Origin: a virus
Taxonomy: Duplodnaviria > Caudoviricetes
Strand: one strand, 5' to 3'
IMG/VR virus record: IMGVR_UViG_3300032335_000855
Coordinates: 1 to 31,388 of that record
DNA length: 31,388 nt
Part shown: positions 7,695 to 16,111 of the stretch, in pieces
Layout of the letters: every line of letters begins with the position of its first letter
Position numbering within the stretch: position 1 is the first letter of the stretch
The notes under the pieces: generated by a model
Seen by the model: only the letters and a program-made list of their open reading frames with translations
Databases searched by the model: none
Told to the model about the DNA's origin: nothing
Program-made: the position numbers and the translations under genes

Positions 7695-8386
7695 TAGAAA
7701 TCACCTAGAATGTTGCGCTCGGGTTGCGCCGGTTGCTTTTCGGCAGCCCACTTCTGCGCTCGATTCATCCATGACTGATACGCCAAATCCCAATCAACAA
7801 ATCTCGAGCCTTTACCGCGATGGTAGAGCATAAATGCCTCAGTTTCATCAGCGGCTTTTAGTAGCGGCCACTTAGTTGCAAACATGGCCAATAACTTTTC
7901 ATTAGGTTGCCAAGTTTCTTGCAAAAGTTGTTTTGTCTTAAAAGTTTCTTTTAAAGGTTTCTTTAAGGTTTCTATATACGGTTCATCTGAAGTAGGGTTC
8001 AGGGTATCTGCGACAGAGTTCATGGTTTCATGCACAGAGTTCATGGTTTCGTGCGACAGAGTTCGTGGTTTGCCAATTCGGTGATTCGTTGTGCCATCGC
8101 AATCATCCGGGCATGAAATGTTGATCCAATAACGATTCGACTTATTGCCACCGCTGCTTTTGCCACCTCGAGCATCAACACGCAACTCGCCCAACTCGAT
8201 CAGCTCATTCACCGCATCGTGAACATAACGCTCGCTGCAGTTTGCATAACTGGCTAACTTAGCCTGGCTGGGCCAAGCGCCATCATTATCCGGGTTAATG
8301 TGATTAGCGATGCCAATCAGGATGAGTTTTACCGCGCCTTTTGCTTGCGAGTGATTCAGTACAACGGTGAGAGCTTCGATGCTCAT
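7694..8386 (-). CDS. replication initiator (lambda O-like, N-terminal HTH)
   Basis: AWPSQAKLA..ANCSER HTH, internal iterons, C-terminal DWDLAYQSW, adjacent to dnaB. Confidence 0.8.
   Translation of the reverse strand: MSIEALTVVLNHSQAKGAVKLILIGIANHINPDNDGAWPSQAKLASYANCSERYVHDAVNELIELGELRVDARGGKSSGGNKSNRYWINISCPDDCDGTTNHRIGKPRTLSHETMNSVHETMNSVADTLNPTSDEPYIETLKKPLKETFKTKQLLQETWQPNEKLLAMFATKWPLLKAADETEAFMLYHRGKGSRFVDWDLAYQSWMNRAQKWAAEKQPAQPERNILGDF
7923..8071. repeat. putative replication origin: iterons plus AT-rich tract
   Basis: ACAGAGTTC(A/G)TGGTTT at 8013, 8034, 8056, degenerate copy near 7994; AT-rich 7923-7978. Confidence 0.75.
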
Positions 8387-8453
8387 TTTTTACTGCCTTT
8401 TCTTCGGCAAACCTAGTATTCTAGGTATCGCCGATAGTCTAGTTATCGGTATC

Positions 8454-8491
8454 GCGGTCACAGGGTTCTCACGCTCTGTGGCCGCTCTTTT
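8454..8491 (+). terminator. intrinsic terminator on the antisense strand
   Basis: GCGGTCACAGGG/CTCTGTGGCCGC stem (two G.U pairs valid only on +) then TCTTTT. Confidence 0.6.
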
Positions 8492-8502
8492 ATTCTATCG
8501 TG

Positions 8503-8865
8503 CTAAGACAATACACCCTTGCCGTAGTTATGCAACTCAATTCGCGAAAAGTCATCGCCCAAAATGCAATAAACCTGCTTAGGCCCATCCCACACCGGCA
8601 CAACAGTCGGATCAGCCCACCGCGATAGTTTCCAACCAAACAACCTGGCGCGAGCTGCAAAATCGGCATCAAACTCCATCAAAAAATTAGCCTGGCTACA
8701 CATCACAATAAGATTCGAGGGCTTATTGAACTTTGACCCGGTGCTTGCGCCACCGAAACCACGATTCGCCCGATGTTGCGGAATCAGATCATCGCCGGTG
8801 CTACCACAATGCCAACACCTGCCACCATCACGCTCGAGCAGTCGCAGAAACTCTTTCGGCCTCAT
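8503..8865 (-). CDS. HNH-like endonuclease
   Basis: RDGGRCWHCG...PQHR...SNLIVMCSQAN. Confidence 0.75.
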   Translation of the reverse strand: MRPKEFLRLLERDGGRCWHCGSTGDDLIPQHRANRGFGGASTGSKFNKPSNLIVMCSQANFLMEFDADFAARARLFGWKLSRWADPTVVPVWDGPKQVYCILGDDFSRIELHNYGKGVLS

Positions 8866-9092
8866 TCATCGCCCCAGCCAGGCTTATCCGGCAACTCGAT
8901 GTTGAGTGACTTCATCTGAAAGCCAATACGCTCACTCGAGGTTTCCGCCGAAGTCATAATGTTAGTTTCGGTCACATCAGGGCTGGCCTCGCAACGATGA
9001 GTTTCGCGCCACTCGCGCCACAACCTGACCTCTTGATTGTGCGACACCTCAAACGATGACCCACAAAAACCGCAAGTGTTGCTAATCGACAT
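8862..9092 (-). CDS. hypothetical zinc-binding protein
   Basis: CGFC...HRC; ATGA overlap with next gene. Confidence 0.6.
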   Translation of the reverse strand: MSISNTCGFCGSSFEVSHNQEVRLWREWRETHRCEASPDVTETNIMTSAETSSERIGFQMKSLNIELPDKPGWGDE

Positions 9093-9101
9093 AATCCAAG
9101 A

Positions 9102-9437
9102 TTAGCCAGCGTTACGGTACATCAACTCCACCTGGCGACCAATACTCGCCGTCAAAACACCGGCATCAGCCAACTGCTTAGCCTTATTCTTGACCCGATT
9201 CAGCTCGGCTTTAGCCAACTCCAACTCAAACTTTTCATCAGCCGAATTGTACTTAGCCAGATTCTCACGATCGGCAACAGTACCCTGCGCATTCATAAAC
9301 TCGAGCGCGCTCTTACGGTCATAAGCCAACTGCTTATCGGCAACCACCTTTTCGGCATCATAAATCGCTTGAGGCGCTTTCGCAGCCTCACCAGTCAAAC
9401 GCTGAATCTCGCTAATTACCTGATCGGGTGTTATCAA
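9102..9437 (-). CDS. hypothetical coiled-coil protein in the recombination operon
   Basis: Helical 111-aa ORF, TTG start after GAGAGG. Confidence 0.7.
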   Translation of the reverse strand: MITPDQVISEIQRLTGEAAKAPQAIYDAEKVVADKQLAYDRKSALEFMNAQGTVADRENLAKYNSADEKFELELAKAELNRVKNKAKQLADAGVLTASIGRQVELMYRNAG

Positions 9438-9579
9438 GATGAGCCAACCTCTCTATTTGCAAATCAATCAGACCAGGCAGCAGATGGTGCTGGCCACTAA
9501 AAAACGCGTAATCAATCAACTCTTGCAGCTCAATGATCGAGGCTAAAAGAATTCTAAGGTTTGGCAACTTCTGATCCAT
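9412..9579 (-). CDS. small hypothetical protein (55 aa, MDQKLPNLRILLAS...)
   Basis: Hand-translated ORF filling the gap. Confidence 0.5.
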   Translation of the reverse strand: MDQKLPNLRILLASIIELQELIDYAFFSGQHHLLPGLIDLQIERLAHLDNTRSGN

Positions 9580-10114
9580 AGGCTTTGATTTTCTCTAAAA
9601 TCTTCGGCCCAGCATTGGCAGCCACCGCATCGGTGTAGAGCAACCGCAAACCATCAACATCATAAGTCAATGCTAGTTTGTCGGCCTCACCCAGCCAGTC
9701 GCGTTTCTTGTCGGTGTTGTCGGTGTTGTCGGTTTGCCTGGCAACCTTAGCCATTTCCTCACGCGAGGCACGCTTATTGCCCGAATAGCCGGCATTAGCC
9801 AACGCACGCCCGATCGCGCTAGTTTCAGCATTCTCAAGCGCCGAAGTTTTGTTAGCCATGCCCTGACCGTCAATCTCAAACGCCCAACCGGTCGCTTTCA
9901 GGTATGCACCAGGCATTTTAGAGAAATTGACTTTCTCAAGCTCGGGATTCTCGAACGGCAACCAAATCTCGGCTTTCACAACCCAAGTGCTAACGGCCCG
10001 ATCGGTTGGCGATGTTTTGTTTTTAGTGATGATGCGCCCATTCGGGTTATCGGTGTAGAAACGCTTTATGCGCTGCTCGACCGTTTCATAATCAGCCAGG
10101 TTGAAAGATGCCAT
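9554..10114 (-). CDS. single-strand annealing protein (Rad52/Sak/ERF-like)
   Basis: YETVEQRI...ATGWA...SALENAETSAIGRAL; downstream of exonuclease. Confidence 0.7.
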   Translation of the reverse strand: MASFNLADYETVEQRIKRFYTDNPNGRIITKNKTSPTDRAVSTWVVKAEIWLPFENPELEKVNFSKMPGAYLKATGWAFEIDGQGMANKTSALENAETSAIGRALANAGYSGNKRASREEMAKVARQTDNTDNTDKKRDWLGEADKLALTYDVDGLRLLYTDAVAANAGPKILEKIKAYGSEVAKP

Positions 10115-10329
10115 TACATCTCACCAGCTTTACATGCACAATGCCTACCGCACTTATCAGCGCCATGCTGATCCTTGATAAGTTTCAACACCGCATCACC
10201 GGTCATAACCGCGTGATTCTCTAACTCCTCGATGCGCTTGCGCATCAACTCATTGAGCTGCAACTGTGCGCTCAACGCTTTCTGCAACTCGCCAACCAGA
10301 TTTACCATCTGCTCAGTAATGTTAGACAT
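10114..10329 (-). CDS. hypothetical coiled-coil protein
   Basis: Coupled ORF with AAGAAAGG RBS. Confidence 0.65.
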   Translation of the reverse strand: MSNITEQMVNLVGELQKALSAQLQLNELMRKRIEELENHAVMTGDAVLKLIKDQHGADKCGRHCACKAGEM

Positions 10330-11194
10330 TTTTACCTTTCTTGATACTCAAAGAAACCACGCCATTACGGTTTACGGCCCGAGTGCAAACAACATACTGC
10401 TCACCGCTGACTTCAACATAACCGTACTTAGAATCGCCCAACGCATCAAGCGTGCGCGACTTCATCTCATTCAGGTGAGTCTGAGCCTCATCAAACTCAG
10501 ATTGTGCATTTTGTACACTTATGCCCAAATCACCCAAATCAACGCCCGAATCTTGCACACCTGGATTGAGCAACTTTACCGTTTCGAGAGTGTTGGCAGA
10601 CCCATCCCACTCAGGTTTCACATCATCCAACACACACTTGCGCCAACGCTCAACCGCGCTCAACATCCCAGCAAACTCAAAATCATCAAACTCAATGTCG
10701 AACTCTTTGAGATCGTTGCCGCTGAAAAGAGCCACCAGTTTTGCTTTACGCAAACCCATCACCCAGCAATACCACAACACCTGCGCCCGATAATTCAATG
10801 GCACTTCATCAAATGGCACACGCGCCGTTTTTATCTCGAGTACACCCATCGAACCATCAGGGTAAGTTAGCAACCCATCCGGGTTAGCTCGCGCCCAATC
10901 ATGATCGTCATGCGCAAAAGTGCCAACATCATCATGAATCACAAACTCAGGATTCAGCTCAGACCAAACCTGCTTTATGCCCGACTCAAACACCTGGCCG
11001 AAACGCATCGCGAGCGACTGCTTAACCTCGCTCGGAATCCTGCCGGTCGCTTTAGCCCACGCAGTAAACGGTGATTCCCATTGCGACCACCCACAAACAA
11101 TGCCGGCGAGCGTGCCAGTAACAACCGCATCGCCCTCACGCAACGCCAACCACTCAGCCGAACCCGACTCAAAGTTGCCTAATAGTTTTGCCAT
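10322..11194 (-). CDS. YqaJ-like (lambda exo family) exonuclease
   Basis: EWLALR, ANPDGLL, LEIKT, YRAQV PD-(D/E)xK motifs; start after GAAAGGG. Confidence 0.9.
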   Translation of the reverse strand: MAKLLGNFESGSAEWLALREGDAVVTGTLAGIVCGWSQWESPFTAWAKATGRIPSEVKQSLAMRFGQVFESGIKQVWSELNPEFVIHDDVGTFAHDDHDWARANPDGLLTYPDGSMGVLEIKTARVPFDEVPLNYRAQVLWYCWVMGLRKAKLVALFSGNDLKEFDIEFDDFEFAGMLSAVERWRKCVLDDVKPEWDGSANTLETVKLLNPGVQDSGVDLGDLGISVQNAQSEFDEAQTHLNEMKSRTLDALGDSKYGYVEVSGEQYVVCTRAVNRNGVVSLSIKKGKNV

Positions 11195-11220
11195 AAAATA
11201 CCCTTTCATTGGATACCCTA

Positions 11221-11243
11221 ATTATGTGCAAGACCACCGACAA
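11221..11243 (-). promoter_or_regulatory. RecA-NDp/PafBC-type promoter of the recombination operon
   Basis: TTGTCGG-TGGTCTTGCA-CATAAT. Confidence 0.65.
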
Positions 11244-11504
11244 ACGCAGAATGCGAAAGACCGCCTAATGGAATTAGTGCTGGAAACGCCTGGCGGTGTA
11301 CCCTGCGAACAGTCGCCCGATCTATTCTTTCCCGAAGATCAGCCCGATAGCATCATGCAACGCATGGCCGAGAAAATAGCAAAAGAGCTTTGTAAGACCT
11401 GCCCGGTTGTCGAGCAATGTCGCAACTATGGCATCATGGCTGCCGAGCCGTTTGGCATCTATGGCGGTTTATCGCCTGAAGATCGAGGCCGACTTATTTC
11501 TTAG
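11226..11504 (+). CDS. whiB: WhiB-family Fe-S transcription factor
   Basis: C...PDLFFP...AKELCKTCPVVEQC...GIYGGLSPEDR; start GTG 11226 or ATG 11268. Confidence 0.9.
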   Translation: MQDHRQTQNAKDRLMELVLETPGGVPCEQSPDLFFPEDQPDSIMQRMAEKIAKELCKTCPVVEQCRNYGIMAAEPFGIYGGLSPEDRGRLIS

Positions 11505-11784
11505 TTTCGTTAGCCTTTTGAACGGCATCCTGAGTGGCCCTGGCAACAGTTTCTTCAGTCGCCGCGCCAGTAGTCGCAATGGCATAACCAATCGCACCGA
11601 TAACGCCCAGCATCAAAGTCGCCCAAGCGATAAGAACGCCGGTCATCCAGTTGCCCACAACTACCGCGCCAGTACCTGCCGATGCACCCAAAATAAACAG
11701 AAACAAACCAAACCCACGCCACACAATAGCCCCTAAAACGCCGTATACGGCTCTTAGACGGCTTTTGATGTTATTTGAAGTCAT
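11494..11784 (-). CDS. holin-like membrane protein
   Basis: Two or three TM segments directly after endolysin. Confidence 0.6.
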   Translation of the reverse strand: MTSNNIKSRLRAVYGVLGAIVWRGFGLFLFILGASAGTGAVVVGNWMTGVLIAWATLMLGVIGAIGYAIATTGAATEETVARATQDAVQKANETKK

Positions 11785-11787
11785 CTG

Positions 11788-12261
11788 CTAACCCCTTTCA
11801 TTTACGGGCTTTAGATTGGCATCTATGTGCTTATGCACATCAACCAAATTTTCATACGGCGCTAAGTGAACATTCAGCGTGCCACGCGCCCCAGCCATGT
11901 GCAAATGAGCGCCAGTCGAAGCCGAGCCGCTAGGTGTTTTCTTACCGCCACCCACCAGGCCAACCACCGTCTGACCGCCAACCAAAACACTATTCAGCTC
12001 GAGGGCCGGCTTTACAGCCAAGTGAGCATACAACCAGTTGATCCCATCGCCACTCGACTGCACCAGGCAATGACCCAACACATCAGACCAAAAGATTTTC
12101 TTCACCCGGCCATTAGTAATCGCACGAATCGGCTGATTCTCGATCGCTTTACGAATGCCCCAATCCGAGCCTCGATGCGGCTGAGTGCGGTAAGAGGCAA
12201 AATTGCCCAACTCATCGCCACGATTCTTAGGAAACGGCTCAAAATACTGCATCGCGGTCAT
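11788..12261 (-). CDS. M23 peptidase endolysin
   Basis: HRGSD (HxxxD), YAHL, STGAHLH motifs. Confidence 0.85.
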   Translation of the reverse strand: MTAMQYFEPFPKNRGDELGNFASYRTQPHRGSDWGIRKAIENQPIRAITNGRVKKIFWSDVLGHCLVQSSGDGINWLYAHLAVKPALELNSVLVGGQTVVGLVGGGKKTPSGSASTGAHLHMAGARGTLNVHLAPYENLVDVHKHIDANLKPVNERG

Positions 12262-12467
12262 CAGGCCACAACCAAACGGATAATAACTGCAACAGCCGAT
12301 GAGCTGATAGCCGCCGAAAGCAACCCGGTAATCCAGGCAGACTTCCAACGCGCTTTCTCAAGCTCACGCACACGCAACTCAATATCGGCATAATTCTGAA
12401 CCATCGCCTTTACCTCAGCGATGTCGCGAACCAACTGAATCAGAATTTTATCGTTATTAGAATCCAT
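12261..12467 (-). CDS. lysis-cassette membrane protein (coiled coil plus C-terminal TM)
   Basis: ELRVRELEKARW followed by TM helix, upstream of endolysin. Confidence 0.65.
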   Translation of the reverse strand: MDSNNDKILIQLVRDIAEVKAMVQNYADIELRVRELEKARWKSAWITGLLSAAISSSAVAVIIRLVVA

Positions 12468-12523
12468 CAAACAAACTTTCTATCGAGCCGAAAGCGTGGA
12501 TTCGGTGAATAACTAAAGCTAGT

Positions 12524-12754
12524 TTAGCCGATGATAAGAGCGGCCTCATCAGCGGTCAAAACTTCGCCAGCGACCAGTTTCGCGCGTGCAGAAACCTTTA
12601 GGGCCTCGATGCGAGCAGCCTCAGTTTCACGCGCCTGGCGATCTAATTCTGCTTCAGCCTGATCAGCCTCGAGCTGAGCAATCTCATCAGCGGTCAATTC
12701 GACTACCTCAGTTACGCCAGTTTCGCAATTCACGATGATTTTTGTTAGAGCCAT
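12524..12754 (-). CDS. small tail-associated protein, possible fibre chaperone
   Basis: VNCETG...ELTADEIA...KL..G.LT.DEA at end of tail module. Confidence 0.55.
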   Translation of the reverse strand: MALTKIIVNCETGVTEVVELTADEIAQLEADQAEAELDRQARETEAARIEALKVSARAKLVAGEVLTADEAALIIG

Positions 12755-12775
12755 TTGTATTCCTTTGATTAGTTG

Positions 12776-13282
12776 TTATGAAACGGTTGCGCCGCCACTA
12801 CCCTTAAGCGTGCCATAAAGATAAGCGGATGAGTGCTGTGCAAAATTTGCCAAACTTACTGTGACCTGTGTGATTGCAGCAGTATTTGACCACATACCAC
12901 CAAAAATTTGAGCATAGGCAGTCGTGCCATTATTCTCGCTTACAGTATCAACCGAAAATGTTTTGTTTGCCGAACCAGCATAGTTTGGAATAACCACTTG
13001 CAAATTGCCAAAAGTGTTAGCCGTATCAGTGCTGATTGAAGAAGTGCCGATAAGTGTTGTAGAAGTCGTTGAGCTTGCCGCACTAGCGTTGCCCTCTAAA
13101 CGGCGACCAGTAAAGGATGCTGCCGATCCATTGAACGAAACGGTAATTGATGCTGTCGTGCTTGTAGCTCTTGGCGAAATTACCAAGACCAAATCGGTAT
13201 AAGTGCCAGGGATAGATGTGAAATCCATCGTGGCTGCACCGCCTACACCAACTGTCGCAGAAGCAATAAAAGCCTGGAACAT
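12776..13282 (-). CDS. tail-tip/receptor-binding paralogue 3
   Basis: FTSIP.TYTDL...WSNTAAIT...YLYG. Confidence 0.65.
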   Translation of the reverse strand: MFQAFIASATVGVGGAATMDFTSIPGTYTDLVLVISPRATSTTASITVSFNGSAASFTGRRLEGNASAASSTTSTTLIGTSSISTDTANTFGNLQVVIPNYAGSANKTFSVDTVSENNGTTAYAQIFGGMWSNTAAITQVTVSLANFAQHSSAYLYGTLKGSGGATVS

Positions 13283-13773
13283 TATGCACTCACCCCATAC
13301 AACGCAAAAGTTGAACCGGTGCGCCAAGTATTGCCACCAGCCCTGCTTACAACAACTTGAGTCACGGCAGCCGTGTTAGCCCACCGGCCAGTATAAGAAG
13401 CGACACCAGTTGTAGCAGCCCTAACTTTGTAAATGGCCATCTTGTGTTTATCCGTAGCAGAATAATCAAGCAACTGCATCTCGTAAACCGTGTTGCTTGT
13501 GCCAATGTCTTCAACCCAATAGTTGTAGTTACCATCTAAGGCTGTTGAGGTGTTTGAAGCCGCTGCTGCCGTTGATCCGTTTGCTTCCATACCAACCCAG
13601 GTGTAGCCGGAAGAACTGCCGTTGAAACGGTATTCAAAACTTGAGAAACTGCCACTGCCACCGGTAATAACCAAAATCAAATCACGATAAGCAGAACTAA
13701 TACTTGAAAAAGTCACAGAGTTGGCAGCCGACCCCAAAGTAACATTGGCTAATGCTGTAATTGCGCTGGGCAT
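13282..13773 (-). CDS. tail-tip/receptor-binding paralogue 2
   Basis: FSSIS.AYRDL...DYSATDKHK...WANTAAVT...FALYG. Confidence 0.65.
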   Translation of the reverse strand: MPSAITALANVTLGSAANSVTFSSISSAYRDLILVITGGSGSFSSFEYRFNGSSSGYTWVGMEANGSTAAAASNTSTALDGNYNYWVEDIGTSNTVYEMQLLDYSATDKHKMAIYKVRAATTGVASYTGRWANTAAVTQVVVSRAGGNTWRTGSTFALYGVSA

Positions 13774-14339
13774 TATGACCCCTTAATTCCATAGAGTGAG
13801 AAGCGCGAGCCGCTAACCAAATTCGTGCCAGCAACAGGTAACAAAGTTATAGATGTTATTGCGTTAGTCGAAAGCCAAACCCCAGAGTGCATACCATTAC
13901 GCGGATAAGTCCCACCAGTGCTAGAACCATAAATTGAGCGAATAGTTTTATTCTTAGTAGTCGCTTTGTAGTCCAAAACATCAATAACTGCTGACCCAAA
14001 AACACTGGCAGTAACAGAGGAATCAGGAATATAAGCAGAATAAATCCAAGTGTTTATTCCCAAATCAGTTGAAGTGATTGTTGATCCGTTGTTGTATAAA
14101 AAGTGCGCATTGTAGTTTGAGGTGCTATCTGCATTGAAGCGTAGGCCCAAAGTATCAACACCAAAGGCTCTATCAGACCTACTGGTAACTCTTATTTGCA
14201 AATGACTGTAAGTCGAAACAATAGAACTAAAAACTACAGAAGTAGCGTTTGCGCCGAGCGTCGTTGTGCTAATTAGCTCATAAGAACTAGGCGCAGCGAC
14301 ACCACCCTGACTGAGCAAGCCCAGCGGTAAGAGCGACAT
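13773..14339 (-). CDS. tail-tip/receptor-binding paralogue 1
   Basis: FSSIV.TYSHL...DYKATTKNK...WLSTNAIT...FSLYG. Confidence 0.65.
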   Translation of the reverse strand: MSLLPLGLLSQGGVAAPSSYELISTTTLGANATSVVFSSIVSTYSHLQIRVTSRSDRAFGVDTLGLRFNADSTSNYNAHFLYNNGSTITSTDLGINTWIYSAYIPDSSVTASVFGSAVIDVLDYKATTKNKTIRSIYGSSTGGTYPRNGMHSGVWLSTNAITSITLLPVAGTNLVSGSRFSLYGIKGS

Positions 14340-14869
14340 TAGGCCACCGCACCAATAACGCGGTATGAGTTAGCCGCAACCTTGATAACCGATGCCGCCG
14401 AGTACTGAGTACCCATCGCGAAACTCTTAGCAGTACCGGCAGTACCTGCACCGGCCCAAGTAGTCACACCAGTACCAGCGTTGATGCTGACCGTACCTGC
14501 ACCATCGCGCACAACATCGAACCGCTCACCGATCTCGAAAACATCCGGCACAACAATAGTTTGAGCTGCAGTCGAGGCCGAAACAAAAGTTTTGTTGTGA
14601 TCAGTAGCCGTAACCGTATAAGCAGAAACGGTTGAGTTGCTAACAGTTGTGTAGTTGAGTCCAGTCCAGCCCGAGCCGTTGTAATAGTCCAACAAACCAC
14701 CGGTAGTAATGAACGAAACCATACCGGCGCTAACCGCCGTACCCAACGCGCTAGACCTGGCAGCCGTAGTTGCATAAACCTGAACGGCCTGATCCTGTAA
14801 ATAGGTTTGAACCTGCGCAGCGGTCAAAACAGCGCCGCTAGTAAATGTGCGCCAACCTGCACCAGCCAT
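14339..14869 (-). CDS. minor tail / fibre-anchor protein
   Basis: FTSGAVLTAAQV N-terminus, YYNGSGW, Thr/Ala/Gly-rich. Confidence 0.65.
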   Translation of the reverse strand: MAGAGWRTFTSGAVLTAAQVQTYLQDQAVQVYATTAARSSALGTAVSAGMVSFITTGGLLDYYNGSGWTGLNYTTVSNSTVSAYTVTATDHNKTFVSASTAAQTIVVPDVFEIGERFDVVRDGAGTVSINAGTGVTTWAGAGTAGTAKSFAMGTQYSAASVIKVAANSYRVIGAVA

Positions 14870-14881
14870 AAAAACTCCTAA

Positions 14882-16111
14882 TTAAAAGGCAAGAATCCCT
14901 GAGTCAAGGATACCAAACGCCGGGTCATCCAAAACGAAAGTATTAGTTGTAAGCGTACCCAACCCGATGATCATGCGATGCTCAGTCAAAGTAGCCTGGT
15001 GAGTGATCGAGATAACTCGAGCAAACTTCACAATCGCCGGCGCAATGCCGTTAGGTGTAAAAGTGATTTTGCAGACCGACCCCAACTCAAGCCCAAAGAG
15101 CGAGTTTTGCTCAGCGGTTGAGAGTTGCGACATAAGCACCTCGACACCATCGAAACGGTACTCAGGCGCTGAGTATTGGCCCAAAAGCCAGTTGCCTAAC
15201 TCGGCAACTCGAGCATCAGTCTGACTAAGCAAATCGTTGATAGAAAGCGTGCGGATGCCGTAGTTGCTCTGAGCATCCAAATCATTGCTCTGAATGGTCA
15301 CAACCGAGTTACGGCGCTGCAGCTCAGTCTGAGTAAATAGCAACTCCGAGCCATAAACCACGCGCACACTCGAATAGCGCACACCGGTAGCATCATCACT
15401 CAAAACAACCGCAGCACTAGACGGTGCAACAGCGTTACGCGCCTGAAAAGTCAAGTTGCCAGACTTGCCAATAAACAACTCGCCAGGCTCAGTACTCTCA
15501 ATAGTCTGCAAATACTCCAACGCGTTAGCGCCCAACTCGACCGTATCGCCCTGCAAAGTTTCATCACCAGCACTAACAGACCTAGCACCAGCCGGCCACG
15601 CAACACCTGGATCGTCAAGAATGCGATTCACGCGCGCACCCGACAACTCAACCGGGTTAGTGGCGGCCGTCAAAGTTTGCTGAGAAAGAAACGCAAAACC
15701 GTCATAAGCACTCAGCACCGCAACCGAATCACCATTCGGCGCATAATTCAAATCCCAGTCATCAGTAGTACCCACATAAACAATCTGATCGTTAGACCAA
15801 ATTCGCACATCGCGGCGAGGCACAATCTGCCCATAAAACGGCGATGCCGTATAAGTCGGGTCAAAGTAGCGGTTACGGTTATTGAAAGTTACTCGGGCCT
15901 GGCCTGAGCTGTAACGATCGAGCGCACGCGACTTACCGCGCTGAATGCCAATCTCTTGCACATAGGCGCTCACATCGTAGAAGAATGAACCGCCACCCAG
16001 CACATAATCAATGTTGTCTAAAACACCCTGCACCGGGTCATCAAGCAAGAAAAAGTTACCTGGCCCATTTTCATCAAAACCAAGCTCGACTTTCTCAATT
16101 GGTAGAGCCAT
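14882..16111 (-). CDS. minor tail protein (distal tail/baseplate hub)
   Basis: Directly after tape measure; FxLDDP repeated at both termini. Confidence 0.7.
   Translation of the reverse strand: MALPIEKVELGFDENGPGNFFLLDDPVQGVLDNIDYVLGGGSFFYDVSAYVQEIGIQRGKSRALDRYSSGQARVTFNNRNRYFDPTYTASPFYGQIVPRRDVRIWSNDQIVYVGTTDDWDLNYAPNGDSVAVLSAYDGFAFLSQQTLTAATNPVELSGARVNRILDDPGVAWPAGARSVSAGDETLQGDTVELGANALEYLQTIESTEPGELFIGKSGNLTFQARNAVAPSSAAVVLSDDATGVRYSSVRVVYGSELLFTQTELQRRNSVVTIQSNDLDAQSNYGIRTLSINDLLSQTDARVAELGNWLLGQYSAPEYRFDGVEVLMSQLSTAEQNSLFGLELGSVCKITFTPNGIAPAIVKFARVISITHQATLTEHRMIIGLGTLTTNTFVLDDPAFGILDSGILAF

Noticed and set aside
10232-10870. 212-aa + strand ORF and similar antisense ORFs (3516, 9734, 11866, 15985, 21352, 30785)
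   Set aside because: Shadows of well-supported minus-strand genes, with no recognisable motifs.
10977-11225. N-terminal extension of WhiB
   Set aside because: Overlaps the exonuclease gene antisense; the WhiB domain starts after 11226.
12776-14339. Diversity-generating retroelement acting on tail paralogues
   Set aside because: No reverse transcriptase and no near-identical TR/VR pair seen.
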